Part shown: piece by piece, positions 1-10,408 of the stretch
How positions within the stretch are numbered: the stretch's first letter is position 1
Layout: each line of letters begins with the position of its first letter
Assembly (NCBI GenBank): GCA_965222605.1
Contig: OZ244960.1
Span: 3,840,001-3,904,000 of the forward strand
From: Candidatus Latescibacterota bacterium
Lineage (GTDB): Bacteria > Latescibacterota > UBA2968
DNA: 64,000 nucleotides
Direction: 5' to 3'
Position numbers and translations under genes: made by a program
The notes under the pieces: generated by a model
What the model saw: the letters and a program-made list of their open reading frames with translations, nothing else
Told to the model about the DNA's origin: nothing
Databases searched by the model: none

Positions 1-1256
1 TTCCCATTGAGCAGTGGATGACGCGACAAGAGATCATTGACGAGTTGAATAAGGAGGTGCCGCGCTATGTGGGGTTTCGGGTGTCGGTGGAATCTCGCAA
101 TTCGGGCGGGCGAGATCCTTATGTAAGTGTGTATTTGTACGGTCCTGATTTTGAAAAATTAGAAGATATGCTGGGGGAAGTGGAGCGGCGGTTGCAGCAA
201 ATTCCATCGGTGACGAGTTTGCAAAGCGATCTGGAGTTTGGCAAAGACGAGATCCGCATTCGCGTGAACCGCGCACAGGCCAAAAAGCACGGTATTCCGG
301 CAGAGCGGATCAGCCGCACACTGGCATATCAACTGCGCGGTGCAACATTGCCGCGGTTTCAGACGGATGATCACGAAGTGAATGTGCAACTGATTTTGGA
401 TGAATCCGACCGGCAATCGCTGGTGCAGTTGAAAAATTTTATGTTTGTGACCGATACAGGTGAAAAGTTGCCGTTGTCGAGTTTTGCAACTTTTGAAATA
501 ACCAAAGGTCCAGGCCATATTTTCAGGCATAATGGTCGCAACCGGTTGCGCGTGCGCGTTTATACGACCAAGGCCGATGTGGAAGGATTGTATCAGGAGG
601 TTGATCGGGTGATGGATGGGTTCACGCTGCCGAGGGGGTATGAGTGGAACAAGGGCGAGCGGTATTCGCTTTACAGCAGGGAAAGCCAGGCGATGACATT
701 TGCCGTGATTATGGCGGTCGTGTTTGTGTTTTTGCTGATGGGGGTGTTGTTTGAGTCGGTTATTTTGCCCTTTGCTGTGATTTTTTCGATTCCGTTTTCT
801 TTTCTGGGGGTGTACTGGGGATTGTGGTTGACGGGTACGACGATGGATTTTATGTCGAATGTGGGGGCAATTGTGCTGATTGGCGTGGTGGTCAACAACG
901 CGATTGTGCTGGTCGATATGATCAATCGGTTGCGCCAGGCGGGTATGGATCGCGTGGCGGCAATTATGGCGGCGGGTCACAATCGCTTTCGTCCCATTTT
1001 GATGACGACCTGCACAACGGTGTTCGGTTTGTTTCCCATGGCGATTGGCAGCAGTACGATGATGGGGATGCCCTACGCGCCGCTGGGTATTACGATGATG
1101 GGCGGGTTGATTGTGTCAACGGCGTTGACGCTGTTTGTGATTCCGCTGTTTTACGTTTTGTTAGATGATTTGCGCGGGTCATTGAAGCGGATTGCTGCGG
1201 TGAGTTTTCAGAGGTCAGAGCCGTGGGTGGATGATCCCGCGCAGGCGGCGGATTAA
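1..1256 (+). CDS. RND efflux transporter permease (AcrB/AcrD/AcrF family), C-terminal part; 5' end lies outside the window
   Basis: C-terminal TM helices with GVVVNNAIVLVD, RFRPILMTT and APLGITMMGGL, all typical RND signatures. Confidence 0.93.
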   Translation, partial: PIEQWMTRQEIIDELNKEVPRYVGFRVSVESRNSGGRDPYVSVYLYGPDFEKLEDMLGEVERRLQQIPSVTSLQSDLEFGKDEIRIRVNRAQAKKHGIPAERISRTLAYQLRGATLPRFQTDDHEVNVQLILDESDRQSLVQLKNFMFVTDTGEKLPLSSFATFEITKGPGHIFRHNGRNRLRVRVYTTKADVEGLYQEVDRVMDGFTLPRGYEWNKGERYSLYSRESQAMTFAVIMAVVFVFLLMGVLFESVILPFAVIFSIPFSFLGVYWGLWLTGTTMDFMSNVGAIVLIGVVVNNAIVLVDMINRLRQAGMDRVAAIMAAGHNRFRPILMTTCTTVFGLFPMAIGSSTMMGMPYAPLGITMMGGLIVSTALTLFVIPLFYVLLDDLRGSLKRIAAVSFQRSEPWVDDPAQAAD

Positions 1257-1279
1257 AATATTGCGGCGGGTTATAGAAT

Positions 1280-1323
1280 CACAAACAGAGGGCTGTGCTA
1301 TTTTGCGCGGCTCTCTGTTTGTG
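1280..1323. terminator. Long hairpin between convergent genes, likely a bidirectional terminator
   Basis: CACAAACAGAG(GGCTGTGC)...(GCGCGGCT)CTCTGTTTGTG inverted repeat between the RND stop and the SusD stop. Confidence 0.6.
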
Positions 1324-1340
1324 TATGCGATGGGAGGGGT

Positions 1341-2645
1341 CTAATTTACAGGGTCGGGAGGCGTATTGGGGTTGTTTAACCGCTCCTGGTCGGCATAGGG
1401 ATAGAAATTTCGATTTCGCTCAAAGGGATCGGATGAGGGGCCGGGTTGACCGAGGCGCCGGCTGTCTTCCCATCCAGTACCGTTCAGGAATAATTCCGCT
1501 CTGCGCTGCCGAAAAATTTCTTCTATCACGGCATCGACGGTTTGTGGACCGCTGTAGGGTGGCAGCGATGCCCCAATGCCAAAGGGATCTTGATCGGGTG
1601 TTTTTGTTCGAATAGCGTCTATTTCAGCGATTGCACCTGTGATATCTCCCACCATTGCGTTTGTCTCTGCCCTCGTCAGGGCCATTTCGCCGGGCAAATA
1701 TGCCGGAATAGGCGACGTGGCCGTGTTCCAAAAGCCGGATAGAGTTTCAATCTGAAAGGCATTGGGATTGCTCATGCGGTCATTTGGCATCATATAAAAT
1801 GCCAGTCTGGTATCGCCGCTGTCTGTGACCAGCGTTCCGAAATTGTCTCTTGGGGCATAATCATCCAGAACAAAAACCTGGGTGTAGATGGGGTTCTGAT
1901 TTTCGGCGTCATAAGTATAGACAGAAGTTGCCCCGGGATCGACGGTATTGGCGGCTCCAAGTGCGGCTTGATAATTTCCTGCGAACAGGTTATAGCGCGC
2001 CCGATAAGCGTGTATCGTGTTTAGGAGATCGAATCCTCGCCCCAGGATATCTGCGTTGAATTGAGCAGATGGCGGCGTAGCCTCGATGGTTTGGAGCGCG
2101 TTGTCCAACAATCGAATCGCTTCGGCAAATACCTCAGACCGCGAGATGAAAGGGGCTTGTCCATCGGCCTGTATATCTGTTGGTGCGCGTTCAAAAGCCT
2201 GTGCGATGAATCCCAGGCACATCGCTTTGTAAAGTTGAGATAGTGCGACAATGCCGCTGCGCGTACCTTCTGCGAGTGGCACATTGGGCGCGTTGTCGAT
2301 CAGGTCATTGGCTATTCCAATGATGCGATATGAGTCGAACCAAATCGCGCTGACACCGCTGTTCGCGCCAGACAAAAAGCTGAGGCCATCTTCTAATTGT
2401 ATAAGGTTGGAAAATGTCGTGTTTGCCGCAAATTCGCGGCTTGTAATTGCCGGATGACGCACATAGGCATCGACATTCTGGCTCGCGTAATCTCGTTGCA
2501 TGCCAATGGCGAGTGCGATGATGCCGTCACTGGTGCTTAAAACGCGCTCTTCCACAGCCTGGTTTGGATTTGATATGTTCAAATCGCAACCTTGTGTGAA
2601 AAAGAGCAGCAATGCCGAGAGAATACACAGGCGACTCGATTTCAT
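1341..2645 (-). CDS. RagB/SusD family nutrient-uptake outer membrane lipoprotein
   Basis: Lipobox TQGC; RRAELFLNG..W.D.RR C-terminal SusD motif; directly downstream of a SusC gene. Confidence 0.88.
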   Translation of the reverse strand: MKSSRLCILSALLLFFTQGCDLNISNPNQAVEERVLSTSDGIIALAIGMQRDYASQNVDAYVRHPAITSREFAANTTFSNLIQLEDGLSFLSGANSGVSAIWFDSYRIIGIANDLIDNAPNVPLAEGTRSGIVALSQLYKAMCLGFIAQAFERAPTDIQADGQAPFISRSEVFAEAIRLLDNALQTIEATPPSAQFNADILGRGFDLLNTIHAYRARYNLFAGNYQAALGAANTVDPGATSVYTYDAENQNPIYTQVFVLDDYAPRDNFGTLVTDSGDTRLAFYMMPNDRMSNPNAFQIETLSGFWNTATSPIPAYLPGEMALTRAETNAMVGDITGAIAEIDAIRTKTPDQDPFGIGASLPPYSGPQTVDAVIEEIFRQRRAELFLNGTGWEDSRRLGQPGPSSDPFERNRNFYPYADQERLNNPNTPPDPVN

Positions 2646-2661
2646 ATTCTTTTTTCTCCGA

Positions 2662-5574
2662 TTAGTGGTTCAAGCTTATACGAAATGCAATACTGCGCGG
2701 GATAGGCACTTCTACGAAGTCAAATCCGCGGACTGCGGTACGCTGTCCGGCGATGTTGGTTTCCGGATCATAACCGCTGTAGTTGTCTATGGAAAACAAA
2801 TTGCGGGCAATCAGGCTCAATTGAATGCTGCTCAATCCCGAAAGTTGGGGCTGCCAGCGATAAGACGCGGACAGTTCGCGCAATTTTACAAAGGATCCAT
2901 CTTCGATCCAGTGTTCAAAAATTCGGAAGACCCGCGAATTATAGCCAGCGGGGAGTTCGCCATTTAATTCTCGTTCGTAGTCTGTTAAAACGCCGAATGC
3001 GCTCAATGCGGCCAGGCGTCTGGTAAAATTGAACACATCGCCACCTATGATGGCGTCCCATTGCGCGCGAAATGACCAGTTTTGCCCCACTTCGATCTGA
3101 TTGATCAATGAAGCGGTAAAGTCCGGGTTGGGATCTCCAATAATTTTGCGATCGGCCGCTTGAATCGGGAGATTGTTTTCATCGCGTGCGATATTGCCCT
3201 GGGCATCGCGTTCAAAAGCCGTACTGAAGAAAACCCCAAGGGGTTCGCCGTTGGTGGCCGAGACCTGGGAAAACGAATTTGGGATGATCAATCGCCCGCC
3301 CTCAATGCCATTGACTTTGTTTTTATTGGTCGAATACGTGAAGGTCGATTCCCAGCGGAGATTGGGGCGTGCAAGTGGAATCGCGCGCACGAGGAGTTCC
3401 AACCCGGTATTGTCCATGGTACCGACATTTTGCAAGGCCCGCGAATGACCTGTGGAGGGGGATAATGTGCGGAACAGCAACAAGTCGTCGATGTGTTGAT
3501 CGTAATAGGTCAGTTCTACGCCCAGGCGATTGGACAGGAGGCTAAAGTCTGCACCTACTTCAACTTCCCTCTGTCTTTCGGGTTTGATCGTTCCGCCGAG
3601 TTGCGTGCTGGGCACCAGGCCGGGGTTGCCGTCATAAGAAGATGCATTGTAATTGGTCAAGCGGTCATACGGTCCAATAGCTGTTTGACCCCCTGAAGTG
3701 CCTATGGAGGCTCGCAATTTGAAGTCTGGAAAGATGTTTTGAAGTGCGCCATTTTGCCAGAAGCCCGCATCTGAAATGAGGTAGGAGGTACTGGCTTTTG
3801 GATAAAATTGCCAGCGATTATCCACGTCATAGACCGAGGAGGCGTCGATGCGGGCAGCACCTGTGATAAAAAGACGATTGGCGATCCCGAAGGTTTGCTG
3901 GATAAATCCGCCATAAATGGTCTTTTTGCTTCTAAATTCGCCTGCGACGACGTTTGCACCGCTCGATACGACTCTTGAAACGGGACTCAGATCTTTGGCT
4001 TCTGCGCTGAAGTTTTCCCCTTTTTCGTATTGTAGGGTTCCGCCAATTCGCGTGGTCGATTGCACCTGAGGGAATATGTGCCGCTGGTATCTGAGGTTGA
4101 TGTCGTTGTTGAGTTGCAAAAAATCGAATACGGCTCTTCGAGAAAAGCCATTTGTCAGACCCGGCGCAGAGGTGCCGGCGGGTATAAATGCGATGGCCGT
4201 CTGGTCGTAGGCATCGACGCCCAATGTATAGTCGATGCTCAATCCAGATAGTGGGGTTGCATTTAGCTGTGCGTTTCCAATATAGCGCGTGATTTCTTGT
4301 GTGAAATCATATTGATCAATGACTTCTAAGGGATTGGCGAGAACGCCGTCGCTCGGATAAACACCGGTCGCGGGGTCGGGTGTGAGATTATAGGTATTGG
4401 GGCCAAAAATAAAACCTGTCAGCGCGCCGTAGTTCGAATTTAACCCGCCGTTGGGTATGTCATTGCTTTTGCTAAATACGAAATTTCCGCCTACAGACAA
4501 GGTTGCCCAGTTCGACAACTCCTGGTCGATGCGCGTTCGGCCACTGATCCGCCGAAACAATGTGTTTTCAACCACGCCTTGATCGGCGAGATAGGATCCA
4601 GAGGCAAAATAACGGGTATTCCCAGACCCTCCCGAAACCGATGCATAGTGCTCCATTCCCGTGGCGCGTCTAAAGATGAAGTCCTGATGGTCAAAGCGTT
4701 GCACATCGGAGCCATCGGAATTTTTGTTTCCCCTATTGTCAACGGTTGCCCGATTTACAGGCAGTGTTTTGCGTATTTTTGACGTTGAAAGACCATAAGT
4801 ATAGGTTATGCGAGGCTTGCCCTGTGCGCCGCGTTTTGTAAATATTTGCACGACACCGTTGTTTGCACGCGATCCGTAAAGGGCTGCTGCTGCTGCGCCT
4901 TTTACGATTTCAATGCGTTCTACATCGTTTAGATTGAGATCGATGAGTCGGTTTTGCGCCCCGCCGCCAAGTCGGATGAGTTCGGGGGAATCGTTGTTCA
5001 CAATGACACCATCCACCAAATAGAGGGGGTCGGCATCGCCCAGGACGGTACTGGTTCCGCGCAAGCGGATGGTTACTCCGCCAGCTGGATTGCCCGAATT
5101 TTGCTGAATGAGAGCACCGGCTAATTTACCGGTCAACGCTTTGTCGAGGGATGTGGCGCCAGTCGATTCCAATTGGCGAATGTTCAGGGTGGATATGGCA
5201 TTTCCCAGTTGCTTTTTGCTGGCTGCTACGGAAAGGCCGGTGACGACGATTTCATCGAATTGCAAGGCATCTATGCTAAGTTGAAAAGAGACTTCCGCAA
5301 GTCCGTTGTTTTGACGAATGGTTTGTCTGGCGGATTTGTAACCGACAAAACGCGCTTCGATAGTGGTTTCCGCTTCTGGCTCTGGCAAATATAGCGCGAA
5401 ATTGCCCTGAGCATCCGTGCTGGTACCAGCTGTTGTTCCAACGATAACGATATTGGCACTGGGCAGGCCCTCGCCTCGCTCGTCGGTGACTGTGCCTTTA
5501 ATGGTCAGTTGGGCAAAGGCCGAAATGGGGATGCTGAGAAAGAGACAAGCGGCAAAAAATAATCGAGATAACAT
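2662..5574 (-). CDS. SusC/RagA family TonB-dependent receptor
   Basis: Signal peptide, carboxypeptidase-regulatory-like N domain, plug motifs DPLYLVDG and KGAAAAALYGSRANNGVV, YSGYDPE near the C-terminus. Confidence 0.95.
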   Translation of the reverse strand: MLSRLFFAACLFLSIPISAFAQLTIKGTVTDERGEGLPSANIVIVGTTAGTSTDAQGNFALYLPEPEAETTIEARFVGYKSARQTIRQNNGLAEVSFQLSIDALQFDEIVVTGLSVAASKKQLGNAISTLNIRQLESTGATSLDKALTGKLAGALIQQNSGNPAGGVTIRLRGTSTVLGDADPLYLVDGVIVNNDSPELIRLGGGAQNRLIDLNLNDVERIEIVKGAAAAALYGSRANNGVVQIFTKRGAQGKPRITYTYGLSTSKIRKTLPVNRATVDNRGNKNSDGSDVQRFDHQDFIFRRATGMEHYASVSGGSGNTRYFASGSYLADQGVVENTLFRRISGRTRIDQELSNWATLSVGGNFVFSKSNDIPNGGLNSNYGALTGFIFGPNTYNLTPDPATGVYPSDGVLANPLEVIDQYDFTQEITRYIGNAQLNATPLSGLSIDYTLGVDAYDQTAIAFIPAGTSAPGLTNGFSRRAVFDFLQLNNDINLRYQRHIFPQVQSTTRIGGTLQYEKGENFSAEAKDLSPVSRVVSSGANVVAGEFRSKKTIYGGFIQQTFGIANRLFITGAARIDASSVYDVDNRWQFYPKASTSYLISDAGFWQNGALQNIFPDFKLRASIGTSGGQTAIGPYDRLTNYNASSYDGNPGLVPSTQLGGTIKPERQREVEVGADFSLLSNRLGVELTYYDQHIDDLLLFRTLSPSTGHSRALQNVGTMDNTGLELLVRAIPLARPNLRWESTFTYSTNKNKVNGIEGGRLIIPNSFSQVSATNGEPLGVFFSTAFERDAQGNIARDENNLPIQAADRKIIGDPNPDFTASLINQIEVGQNWSFRAQWDAIIGGDVFNFTRRLAALSAFGVLTDYERELNGELPAGYNSRVFRIFEHWIEDGSFVKLRELSASYRWQPQLSGLSSIQLSLIARNLFSIDNYSGYDPETNIAGQRTAVRGFDFVEVPIPRSIAFRISLNH

Positions 5575-5703
5575 GTATATTTCTCCTTATATTTAAGCAA
5601 AATGTAGCCGATTATTGAGCGGTTGTCATGGTGTTTTTTAGAATTGCTCAATGTTGTTATTTTGGGAAATTTGGAGAATATCACAAAAGGAGGATAAGGT
5701 ACC

Positions 5704-5868
5704 ATGAGTGAGTCGAGTGATCCGAGATATACGATGGGACGCAGTGAGGGAGAGACGGAGCGTTTGATTCAGCAGTCACAACTTTACGAGGCTGTGACGC
5801 GGCATTTTTTTCAGGTCGAAACGCCCGCTTCTCTTGCCACCGCATGTAACTGCGTGGGCACGGCTTGA
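5704..5868 (+). pseudogene. N-terminal fragment of a class I SAM-dependent methyltransferase
   Basis: Strong RBS GGAGG, then MSESSDPRYTMGRSEGETERLIQQSQLYEAVTRHFF, a typical methyltransferase N-terminus; the frame runs into unrelated sequence and stops at codon 55; absent from the ORF track. Confidence 0.55.
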
Positions 5869-5917
5869 GGCATAGGGGTTATTAATACTGTTCCTAATTT
5901 TATGTCAGGAGGTTGTT

Positions 5918-6152
5918 GTGTTGCGAGGTTTTTGCCATGTGATTGTGGTGGTGCTCGGTGTAGGGCTGATGTGGGGCTGTGGTGGCGAGCGGGTGATGCA
6001 GTCGCAGATGGTAGAGGCAGAGGAGCAAGTTGGACGACCGCTGAGTAAGTTGGCTGTGCAGACGGATGCGTCGCAGGCTGTGGTGGTGGCGACTGTGCTT
6101 CGGGATGGTGCACCTGTAATTGGTGCGAAGGTGGCGTTTTCGCGTTCTATAA
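5918..6152 (+). pseudogene. N-terminal fragment of a secreted lipoprotein
   Basis: RBS AGGAGG, lipobox MWGC, VVATVLRDGAPVIGAKVAFSRSI; the frame then runs out-of-frame into pyrE. Confidence 0.45.
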
Positions 6153-6173
6153 ATGAAACACTGGGGGACCACT

Positions 6174-6689
6174 ATGACCCGATCCAAACTCGGGCACCGC
6201 ATTTATCAGACGTCGCATTTGACCGGACAATTTACGTTGCGCTCTGGCGCGATTGCCACAGAGTATTTCGACAAGTATCAGTTTGAAACCCGTCCCGAAC
6301 TTCTCTGCGAACTCGTCTCACATCTCCAGCCTTTGATTCCCGACAATACAGATGTTCTCGCAGGTCTCGAACTCGGTGGCGTGCCCATTGCGACTATGCT
6401 TTCTCAGTTGTCTGGGTTGCCCACATGTTTTGTGCGAAAAGAAGCCAAAACTTATGGCACTTGCAAACTCGCCGAAGGTATTGACATATCTGGCAAGAAT
6501 CTTCTGGTCGTTGAAGATGTCGTCACTTCTGGCGGGCAAGTTGTTCTATCCACTCGGGACCTTCGCAACCTGGGCGCGCGCGTTTCGCAGGCGATATGTG
6601 TGATTGACCGCGAGTCCGGTGGCGCAGAGAATCTCGCCAAAGAGGGTATTGAACTCCGCGCGCTGTTTCGGATGAGTGAGTTGACGTGA
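6174..6689 (+). CDS. pyrE: Orotate phosphoribosyltransferase
   Basis: GQFTLRSG..ATEYFDK, RKEAKTYG, PRPP-binding VVEDVVTSGG. Confidence 0.92.
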   Translation: MTRSKLGHRIYQTSHLTGQFTLRSGAIATEYFDKYQFETRPELLCELVSHLQPLIPDNTDVLAGLELGGVPIATMLSQLSGLPTCFVRKEAKTYGTCKLAEGIDISGKNLLVVEDVVTSGGQVVLSTRDLRNLGARVSQAICVIDRESGGAENLAKEGIELRALFRMSELT

Positions 6690-6711
6690 CAGTGGGGGCG
6701 GAATCGGTCTT

Positions 6712-7293
6712 ATGAGTACCTTTCAAAGGATTGCGACATCCCTATCAGCGTATCAACCCAATACGCGTTTGGAAACGGATAAAACGCAGGCGGCTGTTGC
6801 TGCGGTTTTTCATCCGCGACGGGATGATCTCTATCTTCTTTTTATCGAGCGTGCGGCGCATCCGACAGACCCCTGGTCGGGGCATATTGCCTTTCCCGGT
6901 GGCACAGCCGAACCCGAGGATCCCGATCTCAAATACACGGCTGAGCGCGAGACTCGCGAGGAACTCGGGCTTGATCTGAGCAGCGCGCAATACCTCGGTC
7001 GTCTGGACGATGTCACGGGCGCGACGCTGCCCATCCAGGTCGCGAGTTTTGTTTATGCGACCCATCAGGACGTTGAAGTTGCGCCCAATGATGAAGTACG
7101 CGACGTTTTTTGGACGCCTTTTGCACATTTCGTCGATTCTTCGCGGTGGCAAACGCTCAATCTCGAAGGTTGGCGCAATATGCCGGCTATTGATTTGCTC
7201 GGTTCCAAACGTCCCGTGCTGTGGGGGCTGACCTATCGCATGGTCGCGCAATTGGCGGGGTTTGCGGGTATTGATTTACCCCAAAAGCCATAG
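6712..7293 (+). CDS. Nudix hydrolase, CoA pyrophosphatase (NudL/PCD1)-like
   Basis: DPWSGHIAFPGG...TAERETREELG Nudix box, LWGLT. Confidence 0.88.
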   Translation: MSTFQRIATSLSAYQPNTRLETDKTQAAVAAVFHPRRDDLYLLFIERAAHPTDPWSGHIAFPGGTAEPEDPDLKYTAERETREELGLDLSSAQYLGRLDDVTGATLPIQVASFVYATHQDVEVAPNDEVRDVFWTPFAHFVDSSRWQTLNLEGWRNMPAIDLLGSKRPVLWGLTYRMVAQLAGFAGIDLPQKP

Positions 7294-7345
7294 AAGATCG
7301 TGCTGTTTGGGACCGAGGTAACTTTAATCCCAATTGAGGAGAACA

Positions 7346-8188
7346 ATGACTGAACTCAAACAAAAGGCGACACCAGATCGCGTTGAGATATTCCGCAGCG
7401 AACAAAAAGATCCCATTCTTGTTCAGTTCGCCAAAGCCGACACCCGTGCCTACATTCACCCCATTGTGGCACCCGACGGCAATGGTATCCTCACCGAAGA
7501 TACCCCTTCGCACCACCCCTGGCAGCATGGCCTTTATGTAGGTCTCAACGAAGTCAACGGAGTTGGCTTCTGGACAGAAGGACTACAGGAACGGCGCAAA
7601 GATCAGGACGGGACCTTTCACCCCGAACCGATCAGCAATACAGATGTACACAATAACACTGCCACCTGGACCGTTACCAGTGAATGGCGAGATCCCAACG
7701 GTGCGCCCATGCTGACCGAAACACAGGCATGGAGCTTCATCGATCAGGGCGACACGTACGATATCGATATCAACTGGTCCCTCACCGCATCAATTGATCT
7801 CACTTTTGGTGAATACGCCTATGGCGGTCTCTTTCTTCGAATGCCTTACAAAAGAGATCTCGGTGGAGAGGCCATCAACAGTGAGGGTCAGACCAATCGC
7901 GACGCTGAAGGACAACGCGCACAATGGGTTTCTGTCTCCATCCCCATCGAAGGACGCACCGACTGGGCAGGCATTGCGATGATGGATCACCCCACTAATC
8001 CCGAGCATCCCAACCCCTGGCGCGTTGACGGCCAACTCGGTATCGTTCCCAGCCGCTGTATTGCTGGTCCCTGGACGCTGGCACAAGGTGAGACAACCAC
8101 AAGTAAGTATCGGTTGTTTGTATTCTGTGGCAGAACGAATATTTCGTGTATTGAAGAAAATTGGGTCAATTTTTCGAATAGTAAATAG
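7346..8188 (+). CDS. DUF6807 ('PmoA family'-annotated) protein, probably carbohydrate-active
   Basis: YIHPI...HHPWQHGL, YGGLFLR, DHPTNP..P.PW motifs; RBS GAGGAG. Confidence 0.65.
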   Translation: MTELKQKATPDRVEIFRSEQKDPILVQFAKADTRAYIHPIVAPDGNGILTEDTPSHHPWQHGLYVGLNEVNGVGFWTEGLQERRKDQDGTFHPEPISNTDVHNNTATWTVTSEWRDPNGAPMLTETQAWSFIDQGDTYDIDINWSLTASIDLTFGEYAYGGLFLRMPYKRDLGGEAINSEGQTNRDAEGQRAQWVSVSIPIEGRTDWAGIAMMDHPTNPEHPNPWRVDGQLGIVPSRCIAGPWTLAQGETTTSKYRLFVFCGRTNISCIEENWVNFSNSK

Positions 8189-8228
8189 TCGATAAACCCG
8201 CCGCTCTTCTACTTCTCCATCCTATTTC

Positions 8229-10229
8229 TCATTCCACGATCCGAAGTTTGTCTTCTGCACCATACAGGCTATAGACTTTCTGTACCTGATCCAATTCCCT
8301 TTCTTCAATTCTTATGGTGAGTGGCCGGGGGGCAAGCAGTGAGAGGAGTCCCGGTCGCCCGATATGTCGGGAGATGTAGGGTACGACCCCTTCCTGTCGG
8401 TAGCGCTGCGTATGGTGCGGCTCAATTCCCCCTCTGGAGCCGAGGATGATTTCGGATATTCGATCGTCCAGGATTGCCGCGTACAGGGCGATGTCATCGA
8501 CGTATCCATAGCAGGCTGCCTGCTGAATACCCCGCTGTTTCAGGAGGTCCAATACCTCAATTACGTGCTGTACGTTGGCCGTTGTCGAAGGTTCTCCCAG
8601 CAGCATCCCGCTGTCGTCCAGGCCGACACAATCCAGGGCCAGGACGGTTGTGCCAGAAGTTAGCAGGTGCCGCACTTCGCTCGTTTGCAGGGCACCCTGT
8701 TTGGTGCGGCTCTGGTGGAGATAGAGGGCTGTATTTTCTGATGTATGCTTTGGCGTTAATAGAAAGGATGAGAGGCCGAGAGCACCGTAGCGGATTTCTT
8801 CCGCAGTAAATACATCTTCTTCAAATGTTCGGATGGTTTCGGGTGAGATGTGCGGCTTGTTTTCGGGTATGGCGAGGGCTTTCGCCACCGATTCCCGCAG
8901 GGTTATCCGTACGCTTTTCCAGTCTTCCAGTTTTTGCGGAATGTCCAGCTTGGGTGGCAATCCTTTCATGATCGATGCCACCCATCCCCGCATCGCAAAT
9001 TCCGGTTTTTCATAGCCTTTCGGCGGCAAGCAGGCGAGTTCGCGAGTCGGTACAGGTACCACATTTAGATCGACGACTACGGTTCCGGCGTAGTGCTTAT
9101 GGCTTTTATAGCCCTGCTCGATATCGATTCCGTGTGCATCTGTCCAATCTCCCAGATAGACTTCTGGTAGTCGTTGTACTGCTTCTGCGTCGAATTTCGG
9201 CATGCCCAGGTGCTTTTCCACCCAGGCGAAGGCGGGTTTGTTGAGGAAGTATGGCCGGTGCCCGCCCTTTGGGGTGATGTGGATGTCGAACCGATCCACA
9301 ACGCCGCAAATGTCATAGACCCGTTGCACTTGTCGGCAGGTTTCCAGTAGTCCACGATAAGCAGCGGGAGGATAGTCCCACTCGCCGGCCAGGATGAGCG
9401 TGGCACATCGGGGGGCGCCCATCGCGATTTGTTCCGGCATATCGACGTAGTGCTTGAGGCGATAAGGACGCCATTCGCAACTCAGGTCGCCCACAATGTA
9501 GTCGAAATGGGTTACCCAGGAGGCGGGCAGGCTGAGGGCCAGGCGGTCGTCCGTGCAGAGGACGTTCATGGTGATGGTGCAGCCGAGAGAGTGGCCCACA
9601 CAGCCGATCCGATCGGTATCTACTTCGGGACGGATATGGAGGTAGTCGATGCCGCGGGTGATGTCGTAGGTCATTTTGCCGATGACTGAGCGGCCCACTT
9701 CAAAGCACCGGTCAATTCTGAAGTCCAAACGGTGACCGCGTATTCCCGGGCGGTTTTCTTCGTCCCGTTCCTCTTCGCCCACAGGGTCGGGGATGAGGCA
9801 GATGATGCCCGCTTTGGCGTAGATCTGGCCCGCGTAGTGGTTGTAGAACGCGCTTTTGCTCCCGCCGTGACCGCTGGGAAAGATGAGGGCTGGGACCGGA
9901 AAGGTTACGTCTTTTGGCAGGAAGAGGTGAGCGGCTACAGAGGAACCCGGTTCGGCGTCGTAGATGACTTTTTCGATGGTGAAGTCGTCTCTTTCGATTT
10001 TCCCGACCGTGCGGGGGCTAAGGGGACCGCTGGTTTCAGGGAAATCGAAGACTGTGCGGAGGCTGGGGCGTAGCCTGGCGGTGTGGGTCTCCCATTCTTC
10101 CCGGGTACCGGGGAAGGTGTCGCTGATCCGCTGTCTGGGGAGTTCTGACAGTTTTTCTCGCAGGTAAGCCACGTAGTGGGCCTGTACTTTTGTGTGATCG
10201 AGATATCTGTGTGTGTTCACGGTGTCCAC
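8229..10229 (-). CDS. Alpha/beta hydrolase (acetylxylan esterase / dienelactone hydrolase-like), two-domain
   Basis: IEKVIY, PALIFPSGHG, RPEVDTDRIGCVGHSLG nucleophile elbow. Confidence 0.75.
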   Translation of the reverse strand: MDTVNTHRYLDHTKVQAHYVAYLREKLSELPRQRISDTFPGTREEWETHTARLRPSLRTVFDFPETSGPLSPRTVGKIERDDFTIEKVIYDAEPGSSVAAHLFLPKDVTFPVPALIFPSGHGGSKSAFYNHYAGQIYAKAGIICLIPDPVGEEERDEENRPGIRGHRLDFRIDRCFEVGRSVIGKMTYDITRGIDYLHIRPEVDTDRIGCVGHSLGCTITMNVLCTDDRLALSLPASWVTHFDYIVGDLSCEWRPYRLKHYVDMPEQIAMGAPRCATLILAGEWDYPPAAYRGLLETCRQVQRVYDICGVVDRFDIHITPKGGHRPYFLNKPAFAWVEKHLGMPKFDAEAVQRLPEVYLGDWTDAHGIDIEQGYKSHKHYAGTVVVDLNVVPVPTRELACLPPKGYEKPEFAMRGWVASIMKGLPPKLDIPQKLEDWKSVRITLRESVAKALAIPENKPHISPETIRTFEEDVFTAEEIRYGALGLSSFLLTPKHTSENTALYLHQSRTKQGALQTSEVRHLLTSGTTVLALDCVGLDDSGMLLGEPSTTANVQHVIEVLDLLKQRGIQQAACYGYVDDIALYAAILDDRISEIILGSRGGIEPHHTQRYRQEGVVPYISRHIGRPGLLSLLAPRPLTIRIEERELDQVQKVYSLYGAEDKLRIVE

Positions 10230-10267
10230 CTTTCAGAGAAGAAGTTCCGGAAACAAGAAAATCGGAT

Positions 10268-10339
10268 GTGAACCCGGGGGCAATAAAAAAATGAGCGCTT
10301 CCGATTTGATTTCTGCTTGATTTATCCCCCCGGGTTCAC
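10268..10339. repeat. Perfect 13-bp inverted repeat in a divergent intergenic region
   Basis: GTGAACCCGGGGG (10268-10280) / CCCCCGGGTTCAC (10327-10339). Confidence 0.8.
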
Positions 10340-10408
10340 GACTTTAACGCGGGCAGGAGATGAGGTCGATACTGGTTTTTAATACTAATTTGAGAAGGAT
10401 TATCCGAT

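Noticed and set aside
159-980. Numerous long antisense/shadow ORFs (e.g. 159-980, 10400-11152, 11244-11987, 36325-37065, 46158-47087)
   Set aside because: They lie opposite confidently identified genes and have no motifs; this is a codon-bias by-product
7346-8188. 'PmoA' as methane monooxygenase
   Set aside because: Soluble protein with no TM helices and no pmoB/pmoC; the family name is a known misnomer
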